Positions 1 through 12,961 of a DNA stretch of 64,000 nucleotides are shown one piece after another. The stretch covers positions 310,001 to 374,000 of the forward strand of contig RSEE01000043.1 of assembly GCA_003971905.1 (NCBI GenBank), given 5' to 3'. The notes under the pieces were generated by a model. The model saw only the letters and a list, made by a program, of their open reading frames with translations. It did no database searches and was not told the DNA's origin. How positions within the stretch are numbered: the stretch's first letter is position 1; every line of letters begins with the position of its first letter. The stretch is from Moniliella sp. 'wahieum' (lineage: Eukaryota). A program made the translations under genes and the position numbers.

Positions 1-3000
1 ACATAACCACCGTGCCGTTATTGTTAGCGTTGTACTCCCAACCCTGACCTCTGATACACGTGTAGAAAAATGGGGTTTTGTCTCTTGCTGTCTCTTGCGC
101 CCGCCTGCACTGGAGGCGGCGGGGCGTCTGTGTGGCATCGCCTGTCCTGCTGTGTAGTCCAGAACGTACCAGGAGACGGCAACGTATATCAGTGACTAAT
201 GAGGCCCTGCAGACACCCTTCTGTTCGACCAAAGTGGGTCTTCGCCTTACTTTTTTTGTTGCTGGGCCACATACGAGGCATTGCTTTTATACCTGTTACA
301 ATGACACTACCATGTGATCGATCAAGATGAGATGTCACTTTGTTGTCGCTGTTGAAGCGGCGTTGTCATATCAACTGTTGGGCCTATAGAAAAGGACCGC
401 AACAGAGTGGTAGAAAGCGTACTATAGGACAGCATAACGTGTATAAACTGCAGTGGACAGGAGATGAGCTCGTTCTACTTTTCTTGGCGGGCGCTGGTGC
501 GTCCATTTCATATGGGGGTCTGCTACGTGAGGCCTGAGGTTGTTGCCTTCGTCAAACATACGGGTCCTCGATCCAAAGTCAATCTCGAGTGTTGTGGACC
601 GCCTTTGTGCTGCATGTATGGACATCTATTTCTCGTCCCGTTTCAGATCCCTCTCATCTGTGGGATCATGTTTCTTCCGAAAGTTCCGACCCGTTCTGGT
701 GGCGGCGCGTCATCGAACATCATATTTGATCTTTGCTTCCACCTGTGGGACACCGATGGAACTCGGAATCCGCCCCATCATCGTCTTGGGCATGAGTAAT
801 CTCAACTGCTCGCTGGTGCCAACCTCCTCGAGGTTACCTTAATTAGGCCTGAAGGAGACCCATGGCCCTCGTTGGCGGTGACGCTCAGAAACGTTTTGTC
901 ATTTTCTCATCTCGCTGGGTCAGGCTATAGGGTGGGTATTCTGTCGGCGCGACCTATGTTCTCCCCCCTTCCCTCGCAGCTCGACGGCAGGAGGTGACCA
1001 GGCTATTAGGCTTATTGCTCATCCTTTTCAGTTTGTCGTTGCTGGACTTATTGCGATTCTGTGTTGGTACGAGCTGGTGGCTAAGGGATACGGCATAAAA
1101 TCGGGAACCAACCTGCTTCTTGTCAGCAACATTAACGAGAAGATCGCCTGAGAAGCCCATTCAGTCCTATCAGACCCCACCACGGTCAACACCATTCTCT
1201 GAGAGGAGCTTCACAACCCGAGGCCGAGCTGATTAGTTTCGGACCATAATAATCAGAGACGTAGTGAGATGCGAGAAATGTGAGATATTTGAAAGGGGGG
1301 AGGGGGGCGGAGAGAGCAAAGGTAGGAGGGTCTTTCCACACCGATGGTGCTTTCGTATAGCTTGGGGTTTGCTTGTAAAGTGTAGTTATCGTACGGTTAA
1401 CCTCATGCTGTTTTGCATGGTGATGGCGGCTGCGAGTGGCACCGTTACGGGGATCGCTACGGGCTGGCTCGCCTAAACAACCCATCTAGTAGTCAGTTGC
1501 GCCTAAACGGAGCATGTTTCGTTCTTGGATCTGGAGACATCCATCCCAATCTGGGCGTCTCGTTTTCGTGTGAGGTTCCTCCCTGTTCCCTTTTACATTC
1601 TTTCTGAGGGCGAAGAACCCCTAACCCTCTCCCTATTATTACTTTGGCATTTTTCGTGTTTGGCTATTCCTCTGTTCCTATAGGAAACATTTCCCTACTT
1701 GATCTGTGCTTCGTTTGAGACCCATTCTCGCCTTTATTCCTTTCTGTTACTATACGTTAAATTGATTGTTGTTTCCTTCTTAACGTTCCTGTCTGTATGG
1801 CCTTTCTTCTATGTCTCCCCCTCGCGGGTCATTTTGTAACAACATCTCCTTCCGAATCCATCCTTGATCAGACTTACCAGACAACACCCGCGTTTATATT
1901 TCCTACAGCTCACCAGAAGTCCCACCGCCCAGCTCCAGGGACCATCTCATGGTCTTCCCGAATCCTGCACTCCAAGCATACTTTGCCGTCGATTTCATCT
2001 CTCCAGCGTTCAGTCTCCTCTGTATACGGATATCGCCGCGACCCTATACAAGAGTATAGCGTTGTCCTGCGACAGGACCTGTCCGATCCTCTGTCTTAAA
2101 GTATCTGTGTCAACCTTCCACCAACCGTTCAAGGATCTGCGTCTACAGGCATTGCGCTAGCCTTGCTCGTTCCGGTGCATATGCAACCTTGTCATGCACA
2201 CGAGGCGACGCCCCAATTGAGAGGTCACACCTCGTCTCGATATAGCTCCGTTAGGATCTCTGTCTGCCATAGTACGCGGCTGCAGTGCGCAGGTCGGGAG
2301 TGGGGCACAAACGGAGGCACAGTGGGGCAAACACGTGGCACTGTCGCAGCCATGATGGTGTGTGGCACGTGGCATGGCACGTGCCTGCTGAGTCTGCCGA
2401 TCGATGATCACACCCCGGTGACGCGGTGACACGTGATGCTCTCCATTGCAGCACCCCATCGGGTCTGGCGCAGGTGGGCCAGGTGAGGTTGGGCACGGGA
2501 TTGGAGCGGGTGGAAATTGGAAGCAGATGGTCAGATCGTCAGGCCAGAGATCAGAGATCATCCATCTATCAGATCTCATCGATCTCATCAGGATCTGAGC
2601 GGGTCAAAAAGCCCGATGCCTGCATGTTGCGCTTGGCTTGCAGCGTCGGGCCCATGCCTTCGTCCTACCTCAGCGTTCAGGCTGAGGTCAGCGCTGAGGC
2701 TCAGCGCGCTGAGGCCGACGTGGAGGCTGGCTGAGGCACTGAGGGGATGGTCGATGGTCAAGGGGGGGCGATGCTGAGCAGCTGAGGGCGCTGAGGCGCT
2801 GTGGCGGATGGCACGTATGTGAAAAATGGCCAGGGCTCGTCTAGTCGCCTAAGGGGTGAGTAACTAGTAACCGGCCTAACCGACCCAAGGCCCAAGGCCT
2901 AACCCCAAGCACTGAGTACTGACTGCCGAGAAGGGGCAGTTATTAGTTACTGGCCACTAGGTCACTAGGTCACTAGCACTAGTCAGCTAGTCACCGTCAC

Positions 3001-3765
3001 CAGCAACGAGCAGCTAGCAACTAGCACCTGCCAGCAACTAGAATCGACATTCGACAAACCAATCATCGATCAACGAATGATGCTTCCGATGGTTGAAGGA
3101 AGCTTCTCTAGTCACTTGAAGCTTGACGTCGAGCTGCAGCTAAGGGCTGCCAGGCACGCTTGCACAGGGTCGGGACCGAGGAAGCAGCGGGCACGGGGCC
3201 AGCGAAAGGCGCTGAAAGTTTCCGTGCGGCGAGGGTGCCGGGGATGGCGGTGGAGGTGTTTGAGCAATTTGAGCTAGCTGGCTGGCGGTTGGATGTGGCA
3301 GGCAGGGTGCTGGGGTTAGCATTCGTCCGCCCGTCCACAACACCTCTCTCGCACAGACCCAGCGATCGCAAAGCCAGGTTCCCTCTGTCCTTCCATCCTC
3401 TTCGCCATCGCCATCGCCATCGCCATCGCCATCGCCATCCCATCCCACCACATCGACAGCCCATCCCCATCCCCATCCCCATCCCCTCACCACCATGCCG
3501 CTCCCACCCGGCACGCAGCCCCCGCATGCACCCTCGCAGGCTTCCAAGCGCGCCTCCCCTCCCTCCTCGGCCCCGGCGTGTACGCCGACGAGCCGCCGCT
3601 CTTCCCCCCCGCGCCGCCCATTGGCGCCCAAGCCCCACCCACCACGACGCCTCCGGGCCTGCGTCGCTCGCCCCGCCCCCCTTCCTCCAAGGGCCTACTC
3701 GGCACCAAGGACCGCCCCTCGCGTCCCGCGCCACAGAACTCGCTCGTGCCCCCGTCTTCTCTTCT

Positions 3766-6700
3766 ATGGCCGAACCCGTCGTGCCCCCACCCCCGCCCTC
3801 GCCCTCGCTCAGTGAATGCGCCGACCTTCCGCCACCCACGCCGTCTGGCACTTCGCACCACCATTCCCATTCCCATTCCACCCCCATTCTCCTTCTCCTT
3901 CTCACACCCATCCCCAGCACGGCCACGGCCATACCCACCCCCCCAACCAACCACAATCAAAATCACAACCACAACCACAGCCATCCCCCTCACCACTCGC
4001 ACACCCCCACCCCCACTCGCACTCGCACTCTCATGGGGCCAACGCCACTGCCCACTCGGGGCGTTCCCACTCTGCTGCTCGCCGCTTGAGCATCGACAGT
4101 CGCGGTCGGCGCAGCAGCATGGACAGTGTAGCGACCGCGACGGATGCGCACACGCATACCAGTGTGGATGAGCGGCCGCAGTTTGAGACGATCAGTCAGA
4201 TCCGTGCCTCGCTCGCTGATCTCGAAAGGGCGTACAGTTCGCAACCGTCGCACACGCCGTTATCTGGTCGCATCATCCATGTGAGCCATTACATTCCCTT
4301 TGTCGTGCGTGCGCTGGCGGAGGTGGACTTTGAGCGGCGGGAGAAAGAGCGGGAAGAGGCGCGGCAGACTGTGGCTGCTATGGCTGCGGCTGCACGCGCG
4401 CGTCGTGCAGCGCGCGAGGCCGAGACGCAACGGGAAACTCTGTTGGCCGATATGCATGTCAAGTTAGCCGAACCGGGGATGAGCTTGGCAGCGCGGAGAG
4501 AGAGCATGCACGAGGCTGCGTCGCGCATGGCCCTTCATGGGATTGAAGGACAAGACATGTATGCGCTGTTGGAGGAGAACCAAGCGCGGTCCAAGGCGCG
4601 TGCCGGGCGGCGCGCATGGATGAAATCCGATCCGATCGACGATGAGGATGATGAGCTGGAAGGCGATGTGGATGATTTGAAAGATCGGTTTACCCCGATC
4701 GGCTCTCGTCGTTCGTCGAACAACCAGTACCCTACCTCGCGCCATTCTTCCTTTGGCGCTGGAGACGCTACTACCCTGGCGCCCTTGACGGCGGTACGGG
4801 CCGAGGCAGCGGGGGGCGCGCGGGAGCCGGAGCGGGAGCCGGAGCGGAAGCGGGAACGGGAGCCAGGGAGAAAGACACGTCTTCGCCTGCGGGCGTGGCT
4901 TCCACGCTACCCTCTTCTGCTCCCGCTGTTGAATCCGCCGCGTCCTCGGACCCGGCTGCGACCCAGGCATTGGACCAGTGGGTGTTGACCCCTCGTCGGG
5001 GCCATACCGCACTGAACAGTGGAGTGCGGAGCTTGTGCAAGACGCATCACCAGACGTTCATTGGGTGGCCTGGGGACATTGTATTTGCCGCGCAGGCGCG
5101 GGGATATGCGTACCGAGCCTGACCAGCTTACTGCCGAGGAGAAGGCACAGATTGAAAAGGCATTGGGGGATTTGGAGGATCCGAATCAATGGGCATCACG
5201 GTTAGCTTCTGTGCCTGGTGCTCCGAAGGACCCTTCGGGTGCCGATCCTGTATCGCGTGTGCCTACGCCGCAGATGAATGGGGCGGATCCGATTGTGGCT
5301 TCGCGGCCTAAGGGTCCACTGGTACCTGAGGCACTAACGCAAGCGAGGCTTCACAAGGTCTTTCGTACCGCCGCTTCTGCTGCCAAGGAGGAGCGGAGAG
5401 AAGAGTACGAAGAAGAGGAGCATTTGGATGGTCACGAGGACCATGGGATCAAGTATGTGCCAGTCTGGATGGATTCCAAGGTAGCGCATGGGTTTTACGA
5501 AGGGTACTGCAAGACAGTGTTGTGGCCGCTACTGCATTACTTGTTATGGGAGGATGTGAACCCAACGAATGGGTCGACATGGGACGACTCGACGTGGGAT
5601 GCGTACTATGCTGCGAACCAGGCGTTTGCACAACGGATTGCGCAAGAGTACCAAGCTGGGGACATGGTGATTGTGCATGACTACCATTTACTGTTGGTGC
5701 CCAAACTGTTGCGTGAGCTTGTGCCGGACGCGCACATTACACTCTTTATGCACGCGCCCTTCCCTTCGAGCGAAGTGTTCCGGTGCCTGCCGAAGCGGAC
5801 CGAGATCCTAGAGGGCATGTTGGGTGCCGACCTAGCTTGTTTCCAGACCTTCTCTTACTCGCGCCACTTCCTCTCTTCGTGCATTCGGGTGTGCGGGTTC
5901 GATGCGTCGTACAATGCAGTCGAATCGTTGAACGGGCAGGTAACTTCGATCAGCTACAACCCGATCGGGATAGATGCGGCCAAGATCTCCAAGGACGCCA
6001 AGTCGCCTGGGGTTCGACCGAAGATTGAGGCGTTTAAGCGCATGTACAAGGACATGAAGATCATTGTTGGGCGGACAAGTTGGATGTGGTGCGTGGGGTA
6101 CTGCAAAAGTTGCAGGCATTCAAGAAACTGTTGGACGAGTACCCGGAATGGAGGAGCAAAGTAGTTTTGATCCAAGTCACTGCACCGGCCGTGCACGATT
6201 CGCCTGCGCTCGAACGCGAGGTGAGCGAGTTGGTGTCGCAGATCAACTCGGAGTTTGGTACCTTGTCCTTTGCGCCTGTGCACCACTACCACCAGATCAT
6301 CGATCGCGACGAGTACTTTGCGCTGCTCGGCGTGGCCGACTTGGCGCTGGTCACGTCGGTGCGCGATGGGATGAACACGACGTCGATGGAGTACGTGATT
6401 TGCCAAGAAGAGTATGGCAAAAAATCGCCGTTGGTCTTGTCTGAGTTTACTGGTACAGCGAGCCGGATGCGGACGGCGTTGCAGGTGAACCCGTGGAACA
6501 TTTGGGGAGTCGCCAAGGCCATCCATGAAGCTCTCACTCTCGCTCCGGACGACAAGGCCCAGCGCCACCGGCACGCCTATGACCAAGTCACGTTGCACAC
6601 GTCCCACACGTGGGCTGCGACGTTGGTGCGTCAATTGGTGTACCGGTTGCACGTGGAGCAAACGTCGCACCTTACGCCCGAACTGGATGTGAGTGCGATC

Positions 6701-7905
6701 CAAGCCGATTGGCTTGCTGCTGTGGCGGGACGGCAGCCCGGACCGGGCCAACGGTTGATCTTGCTCGATTATGATGGGACGTTAACGCCGATTGTGCGTG
6801 TGCCCGAGATGGCCTTGCCGTCAGAACGGTTGATTTCGACGTTGGCGCGATTGAGTGCGGATGAACGGAACGTGATCTTTATCATTTCGGGGCGGGACCA
6901 AAAGTTCCTCAGCCAGCATCTCGGACATCTTGACCGGATTGGCTTTTCGGCCGAACACGGCTCGTTTGTCAAGGAGCCAGGAGAGGATGAGCCATGGATC
7001 AACATTGCAGAAGACTTTGACTTGTCGTGGAAAGCCGACATTCGCGCGATCTTTGAGTACTATACTGAGGTACGTCCCCCCCCCTAACGGTACACATTCA
7101 TGTTCCTAGACAGATAATTCTGACACGGTGTGTAGCGCACGACGGGCTCGTCGATCGAAGAAAGGAAAGCTCGATTACGTGGCACTACCGTAACGCCGAT
7201 CCTGACTTTGGTTCGTTCCAAGCGAAAGAGTGTCAAGCGCACCTGGAGAACATGTTGGACTACAACCGTCTTCCGATCGAAGTGATGGTGGGCAAGAAGA
7301 ACCTCGAAGTACGTCCGTTGGCAGTGAACAAGGGCGAGATTGTCAAGCGCATCTTGGCCGCACATCCGTCGGCTCAATTTGTCTTTTGTGCCGGCGACGA
7401 CAAGACGGACGAAGATATGTTCCGAGCACTCACCGCCGTCAACCGAACAGGTGAAATGACCCTGCACGAGAACCGAGCGGGATCTCCTCCGTCCATTCTA
7501 ACTCTCATTCCCACTCCCACTCCCTCCCACTCCCACTCAATCTCAATCTCAATCAACTTCAGGGAGAGACGAAGGTGTAGGTCTGAGCGCCTCACACGAG
7601 CCGTCCGTGACACCGAGCCAGCACACTTCGCCCGACCCTGCTGCCGAAGAAGAGTTCCACGAGTCGGACGACGACTTGGCGCCGCACCCATGGGAAGCGG
7701 CGATGGGCATGGGCATGGGCGCGCCGCATGGGACGACTTCTCATGCTACGGCAGTCCGTTACTTCGTGCCGAGTCCGGTCCGTTCCGCCTGTACACAGTC
7801 ACCGTTGGTCCGGCCACTAAGAAGACGATTGCCCATTGGCATGTGGGCCAGCCGAGCCAGGTGATCGATGTGTTGGCTGCCTTTGCCGCTGAGCGTGAAT
7901 CTTGA
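3766..7905 (+). CDS. TPS2: Trehalose-6-phosphate synthase/phosphatase family protein (GT20 + HAD phosphatase), Tps2-like; gene span with one intron and several apparent frameshifts
   Basis: GT20 motifs are present: FYEGYCKTVLWPLLHY, IVHDYHLLLVP, FMHAPFPSSEVFRCLP, VRDGMNTT and LVLSEFTG. HAD motifs are LLDYDGTLTPIV, IISGRD, SAEHG, GKKNLEVRP and CAGDDKTDEDMF. An intron lies at about 7070..7135 (GTACGT..TAG). The start MAEPVV at 3766 is inferred. Confidence 0.9.
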
Positions 7906-8859
7906 ATCTTGAATATCGCTCGTAACCGCACCCCTTTCCCCTTTCCCTTTCCCCCGCGCTCGCCATGACCTCACCCCGACCCTACCTCTGCGCTGGGCCT
8001 TGCGCGCCCAGTGCACCCCTGCACCCCTTTCCCCACCCATCACCACTCACTTTGACAGGACTTGCGACCTACTCTAATTCCAAGAACGGATCGAGAGACC
8101 GAGCGTTAGCCGGCGAAGCACCCTGGCAACAACCAAGAGGGGGAGGAGGGGGGGTACTTGTTTCTAAGCTCTCTCGGCTCTCTCGGCTCTCTCTGGCTCT
8201 CTTGGTTCTTTGGCTCTCTTGGCTATGTTGGCTCTCTTGGCTATGTTGGCTTTCTAGGATTTTGTACAGTCACGGGCCGCGGGCGCGGGCATAATAGTTC
8301 TTTTGTCGCTTGCTTTCTTGCTTTCTTTTCTTTTCTTTTCTTTTGTTCTCTTTTCTTTTCTTTCCTCTCATCGTCCTATTGCCAATCGAAACCAAATCGT
8401 GGATGCCCTCTTGAACAGAAGGGAGAGAGTGATCTAGTGATCGGAGACCAGGTAGGATGTACATGTACACGCAGCTAGACAGGTCGTTGGGCCCCGGTTG
8501 GGTGTCGGGTGGGGGTCCTGGGAGTCCGAAGCGGGATGGATAAGCATATGGGATAGATGCACAAACAAGGATTAGCTTCGGCAGGAAGCAACAAGGAGGG
8601 CAAGCCAAGAGCACAGGTTCATCGTTCGCAGAGAACACAAAGGGGCGATAGGAAAAGAAAACATAAGGAAAGACGTAGGCACATGGCGCATGGGAGGGGG
8701 AGAGAGAGGAGGGAGAGGAAGAGGGAGAGGAGGCAGTCCAGAAAAAATAGAGTGGGAGGGTAAGGAGGCAGGACCCAAGGGCAGTGACTTCCAAGGAAGC
8801 AAGCCGGACGGATACAGGGAAGGGGGAGCGAGGGCGGGAATCAGACTAGCTACTAGCGA

Positions 8860-10018
8860 CTAGCGAGAACTAGTAATTAGAGAGCCTAGGGGGCCAAACC
8901 TACCCCTACCCCCCCGCGCCCCGGTCCGGCTCCTGTCACCATCAGCACTGCGACCGGCAGCTAACAGACGGATGGCGTCCCGTCTGGTCCGGGTATTTCG
9001 GCGAGCGGCAAAATTGGTGGTGGTGAGCTCGGTAGTGTCAGTGGGTGGACCACGGGGTTGACGACGAGGTAAGAAAAGAAAAGCACTTTCCCGCTCCGAT
9101 TTCGGTCGGCGCGTCAGTTTGTCTCCGACGGCCAACCCGGGCGCGGGTGTCACCCCAGATCCCATTAAAGCGCCCATGCCGGTAGGTAGGGCAGAGCCAG
9201 GGGCCGGCGCAGGTGCAGCCGTAGCCGCAGCCGCGGACGCAGACGAAAGCCAGGAGCAGCAACAGGGCTGGCGGTACGAGAGTGGGTGTCGGCGTCGTTG
9301 GGAGCGGGTAGACGCCAAGACGCGGAGAGGTGGGCGGAAGATACGGTGCGCAGGGAAGATTGAGGCAAGGGTAAAGCGGAGGTAGGACGAGCAGTAGGTG
9401 GCTGCGAAGGTGGTCGACCACTTACTGTCCTTCGTCCAGGCGGCTCTGGGGCCCACGAGTGGCGCTGAGCAGGAGGTGGGCCAAGTGATGCAGGTCCAGG
9501 GCCGGAGGCAGGAACAGGGGCAAGTACAGATGTCTCGTACCTCGCCCTCTCTCCCAACAGTGCCTGCTGCTGTTGCAGCCTGGACCTGCAGAGCCTGGAG
9601 GAGAAGAAGCTGTTGCTGCTGGGTGGCAAGGAGCTGTTGTTGCTGCTGCTGCCGTTGGAGGGCGAGAAGGCGTAAGAGTTCAGCTTGCTGGAGCTGCTGC
9701 TGCGCGCAAGGTGGGCGATAAGGTCCTGGTCAGGAAGGGTGCAGCAGCGGCCGGTGGCGCAGTGGGCATCGCAGTAGCACCAGGAGGAGCTGGCTGGGCA
9801 TGGCGAGCAGCCGCCTGGAGCTGGGCACTCTTGATGCGGTGAGAGTGTGTTGGTGAGCGGTGGAGGGATGGCGGGGGGTGAGGTGGAGCGAGCGAGCTGT
9901 TCCTCGGGGGGAGGAGGGGTGGGGGGGGGGGGGAGTGGGAGGACACGCCGCCGGTGCGGAGGGTTGCGAGAAGGGCGGCGCGGTCGGAGACGGGTGTGGG
10001 CGCGGGGCGTTCAGCCAT
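8860..10018 (-). CDS. Conserved fungal low-complexity Q/P-rich protein of unknown function (frameshifted)
   Basis: The N-terminus reads [25 protein letters not shown], followed by a central poly-Q/L tract and a C-terminal PRRQPRGPP...TNFAARR. These pieces are joined from the ORFs at 9680..10354, 9165..9629 and 8860..9456. I recall both end motifs from fungal hypothetical proteins but have not searched them. Confidence 0.55.
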
Positions 10019-10149
10019 GCTGGGCAAGGAAGGAGCGGGAGGGTGGGGGGATGGGATGGAGGGATGGGTGGATGGGATGGATGGAGGAATGGAGGGACGG
10101 GAGGATGGAATGGAGAGATGGAGGGATGAGATGGAGGGATGAGGGGATG

Positions 10150-10241
10150 GATGGACGGAGGGGAGGATGGGATGGACGGAGGGGAGGATGGGATGGACGG
10201 AGGGGAGGATGGGATGGACGGAGGGGAGGATGGGATGGACG
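10150..10241. repeat. 21-bp tandem repeat GATGGACGGAGGGGAGGATGG, 4 copies plus a partial, inside a GGAT-rich purine tract
   Basis: Units start at 10150, 10171, 10192 and 10213, read directly from the sequence. Confidence 0.9.
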
Positions 10242-10941
10242 AGAGGAGATGGGATGGGAGGATGCCAGCCGAGAGAAGGAGATGGTGAACCCCCACAGCG
10301 AACCAAGCGCGAGTGCGAGCACTCGTGCGCCCCATCACGCACCATCCCCATCACCGGTCACCCCCTCCCACCTGCTTAGTCAGCGCTCCGCTGCTGCATT
10401 TGGGCGGACAGGGCGGAATGGGGCACGACACGTCACGACTGTGTTCCGCTGCCTCCCCAAACCAAATCACCCAGTCCTGCAAATTCCAACCCAAGTACAC
10501 TGAGTCGTCCTGGAGCGAACGTAGCGAACGAGTGAACCAGAAGGTGCGTCCGATTGCTATTACTTCAGTGTCCCAAGCAACAACAGGCCCCAAGCACCCA
10601 ACCAATCCAGGGCGTTGTTGCAGGATGCCGACGTCCAAGCTGGCCATCCTCTCTTCGCTCGTTGGCGCCCCTGCGGCAGAAAGGTAGTACTGAAATGGCA
10701 GTGGCGTTGAACGTCAACAGAGTGACACTGAGGCGCTGAGGCGCTGAGGGCCACAGACGTGACGCTGACAGACGGCTGTTGTGGGGCCACGGACCACAGG
10801 TGCCGATGGAAGCAACGACGAGCAAACGCAAGCCAGCTGGACCCAGCACGCCGCCCCAGCGGCCCAAACGAGTATGGTCAACGCACAGTCGACAATCCGA
10901 CAAACCCAACCCCCAACCGGCGTCTGGGGCGATGCGACACA

Positions 10942-10949
10942 TGACGTCA
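10942..10949. promoter_or_regulatory. Perfect CRE (ATF/CREB bZIP) site TGACGTCA in the divergent region between the unknown gene and GSK3
   Basis: Exact 8-bp palindrome about 480 bp upstream of the GSK3 start. Function is not demonstrated. Confidence 0.3.
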
Positions 10950-11421
10950 CGCAGTGCGGACACTGCGCACCTGCCTGCGCCCCTCTTTGCTGGGGTGTGG
11001 GGTCTGCGTCACGCGTGACGGGGGCCAGCCAGCGCAGCTGGCGCCGTGCCGCACTCGGCAGCACCGCAGCACACCGCCCAGCCGCCCAGCCCCAGCAGCC
11101 GGCCAGTCGGTGGGACAGCGGCGCCGTGCCTCCGCGCCCCGCAGCCTGCCAAGCTTTTTGACTCGCCCCCTGCCGCATCCCTCGCCCACTGGCCCTGTGC
11201 CTGCCTGCTGCCCCCCCCCACGCGGCGGTGCCTGACACTCTGCCTGGTCGGCCGACTCTGCCCCGTTTTAGCTGCCGCCTAGGCCCGCACCCCGGCCACC
11301 ACCACCACCACCATCTCGGCCACCACCACCACCTCGACCACCTCCAGCCCCCCCTCCCTACCCCCGCTTCCACGACGCTCTGCTCCCACCCCGCGTACGC
11401 CGCTCTCTGGCCTCCGTACCC

Positions 11422-12869
11422 ATGTCCCACCATACCAGCCGCAGCCGTGTGTACCTATTCCCGCTCGCCGCCCCGCCTCGCCTAACCTTTTGCCCTCAGC
11501 GACCGAGGATGCGACCCAGGTCATCAATGTCCTCGCCTCTCATGCCAAGTCTGGCCAGCCCACCGAGCTTGGGTACCACTCGTGCAGATCATAGGCAATG
11601 GCTCGTTTGGCGTTGTCTTTCAAGCCAAGCTTGCCAATGGCTTGGAGCCCCCCCAGACCAGGAAGCCAACCCGGACATTGCAATCAAGAAGGTTCTTCAA
11701 GACAAGCGCTTCAAGAATCGGGAGCTGCAGATTATGCGCATTATTGACCACCCCAACGTGTGTGACTTGCGCGCCTTTTTTTACTCCAACGGGAGCAAGG
11801 TGCGTTCCCTTCCCCGCTTCCTGTTTGTCTGGTAATGAGCCAGGGCGTATAGTGTTGGTCCCAGACCCTGCTCATCGTCTTCCCCCCCCCCTCTTCCACC
11901 TAACCCACGTTGCATGCGAGCAGAAGGATGAAGTGTACCTCAATCTTGTGATGGAGTATGTGCCCGAAACGATCTACCGTTCGCTTCGCAACTATGTCAA
12001 GCAAGCAGCAAGCATGCCACCGCTTCTGATCAAACTGTACATGTACCAACTCTTCCGCTCCTTACTGTACATCCTCGATTGGCATTTGCCACCGCGACAT
12101 CAAACCGCAAAATCTCCTTTTGAATAGCCACACTGGTGTGCTAAAGCTGGCCGACTTTGTTCGGCCAAGATTTTGATTGCAGGCGAACCCAATGTGTCGT
12201 ACATTTGTTCTCGGTACTATCGTGCTCCCGAGCTCATTTTTGGCGCCACCAACTACACCACCAGTATTGGTATGTTTCCCTTTCTGTGCTCTCCTTGCTC
12301 GTTCTCCGCCGATTGACTGACCCACTCTGGCACGACAGACATTTGGTCCGCAGGGTGTGTGATGGGGGAGTTGATGCAAGGACAGCCGTTCTTCCCTGGG
12401 GAAAGCGGCATTGACCAACTGGTTGAGATCATCAAGATCTCGGTACGCCGAGCCGGGAACAGATCAAGCAGATGAACAAGAACTACATGGAACACAAGTT
12501 CCCCAAATTCGGCCGCATCCGTTTAGCAAGGTCTTCCGCCCGCGCACTGCGCCCGACGCGATTGACCTACTGTCGAAAGTGTTGACGTACACTCCCTCGG
12601 AACGCATTACTGCGGCTGAAGCGTTGGCCCACCCGTACTTTGATGAACTGCGGCAGCCGCCGCCGGAAGGCCTGAGTGGGCACGTGCTGCCCAATGGACG
12701 GGCGTTTCCGTCACTGTTTGACTTTACGCGGGAAGAGTTGTCGGTGCGACCTGATTTGATCACGAAGCTGGTTCCGGACCATGCGCGGGAAGCTCTGAGG
12801 CAAAAGGAGATTGATGTGGACCACTTTGAGCCGATCCCATTGGAGAGTTTGCGTGTGTCGTTGGACTAA
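11422..12869 (+). CDS. GSK3: Glycogen synthase kinase 3 (CMGC kinase; Rim11/Gsk3 family); about 3 introns, frameshifts
   Basis: Motifs are [72 protein letters not shown] and [14 protein letters not shown]. Introns lie at about 11447..11499, 11800..11923 and 12269..12338. Confidence 0.93.
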
Positions 12870-12934
12870 GAGCGACCGGGAGAGAGGGGGGAATCCCCGT
12901 TCCTCGTAATATGTCTCGATCCAATCGGGGTACT

Positions 12935-12961
12935 GTTACCGGTTACCGGTTACCGGTTACC
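12935..12961. repeat. Heptamer array (GTTACCG)n = palindrome ACCGGT + T
   Basis: Reads gttaccggttaccggttaccggttacc, 65 bp after the GSK3 stop. Confidence 0.9.

Noticed and set aside
422..1160. Interrupted minus-strand reading frame at the window start
   Set aside because: There are no recognisable motifs and there are internal stops, so neither a gene nor a TE can be supported.
3108..4171. Long overlapping and antisense ORFs over GC-rich microsatellites, here and throughout the window
   Set aside because: These are shadows of high GC and hexamer repeats such as (GCCATC)n and (CCCATC)n, with no domain content.
10150..10241. CRISPR-like array
   Set aside because: The repeats are contiguous with no unique spacers, the context is eukaryotic, and no cas genes are present.
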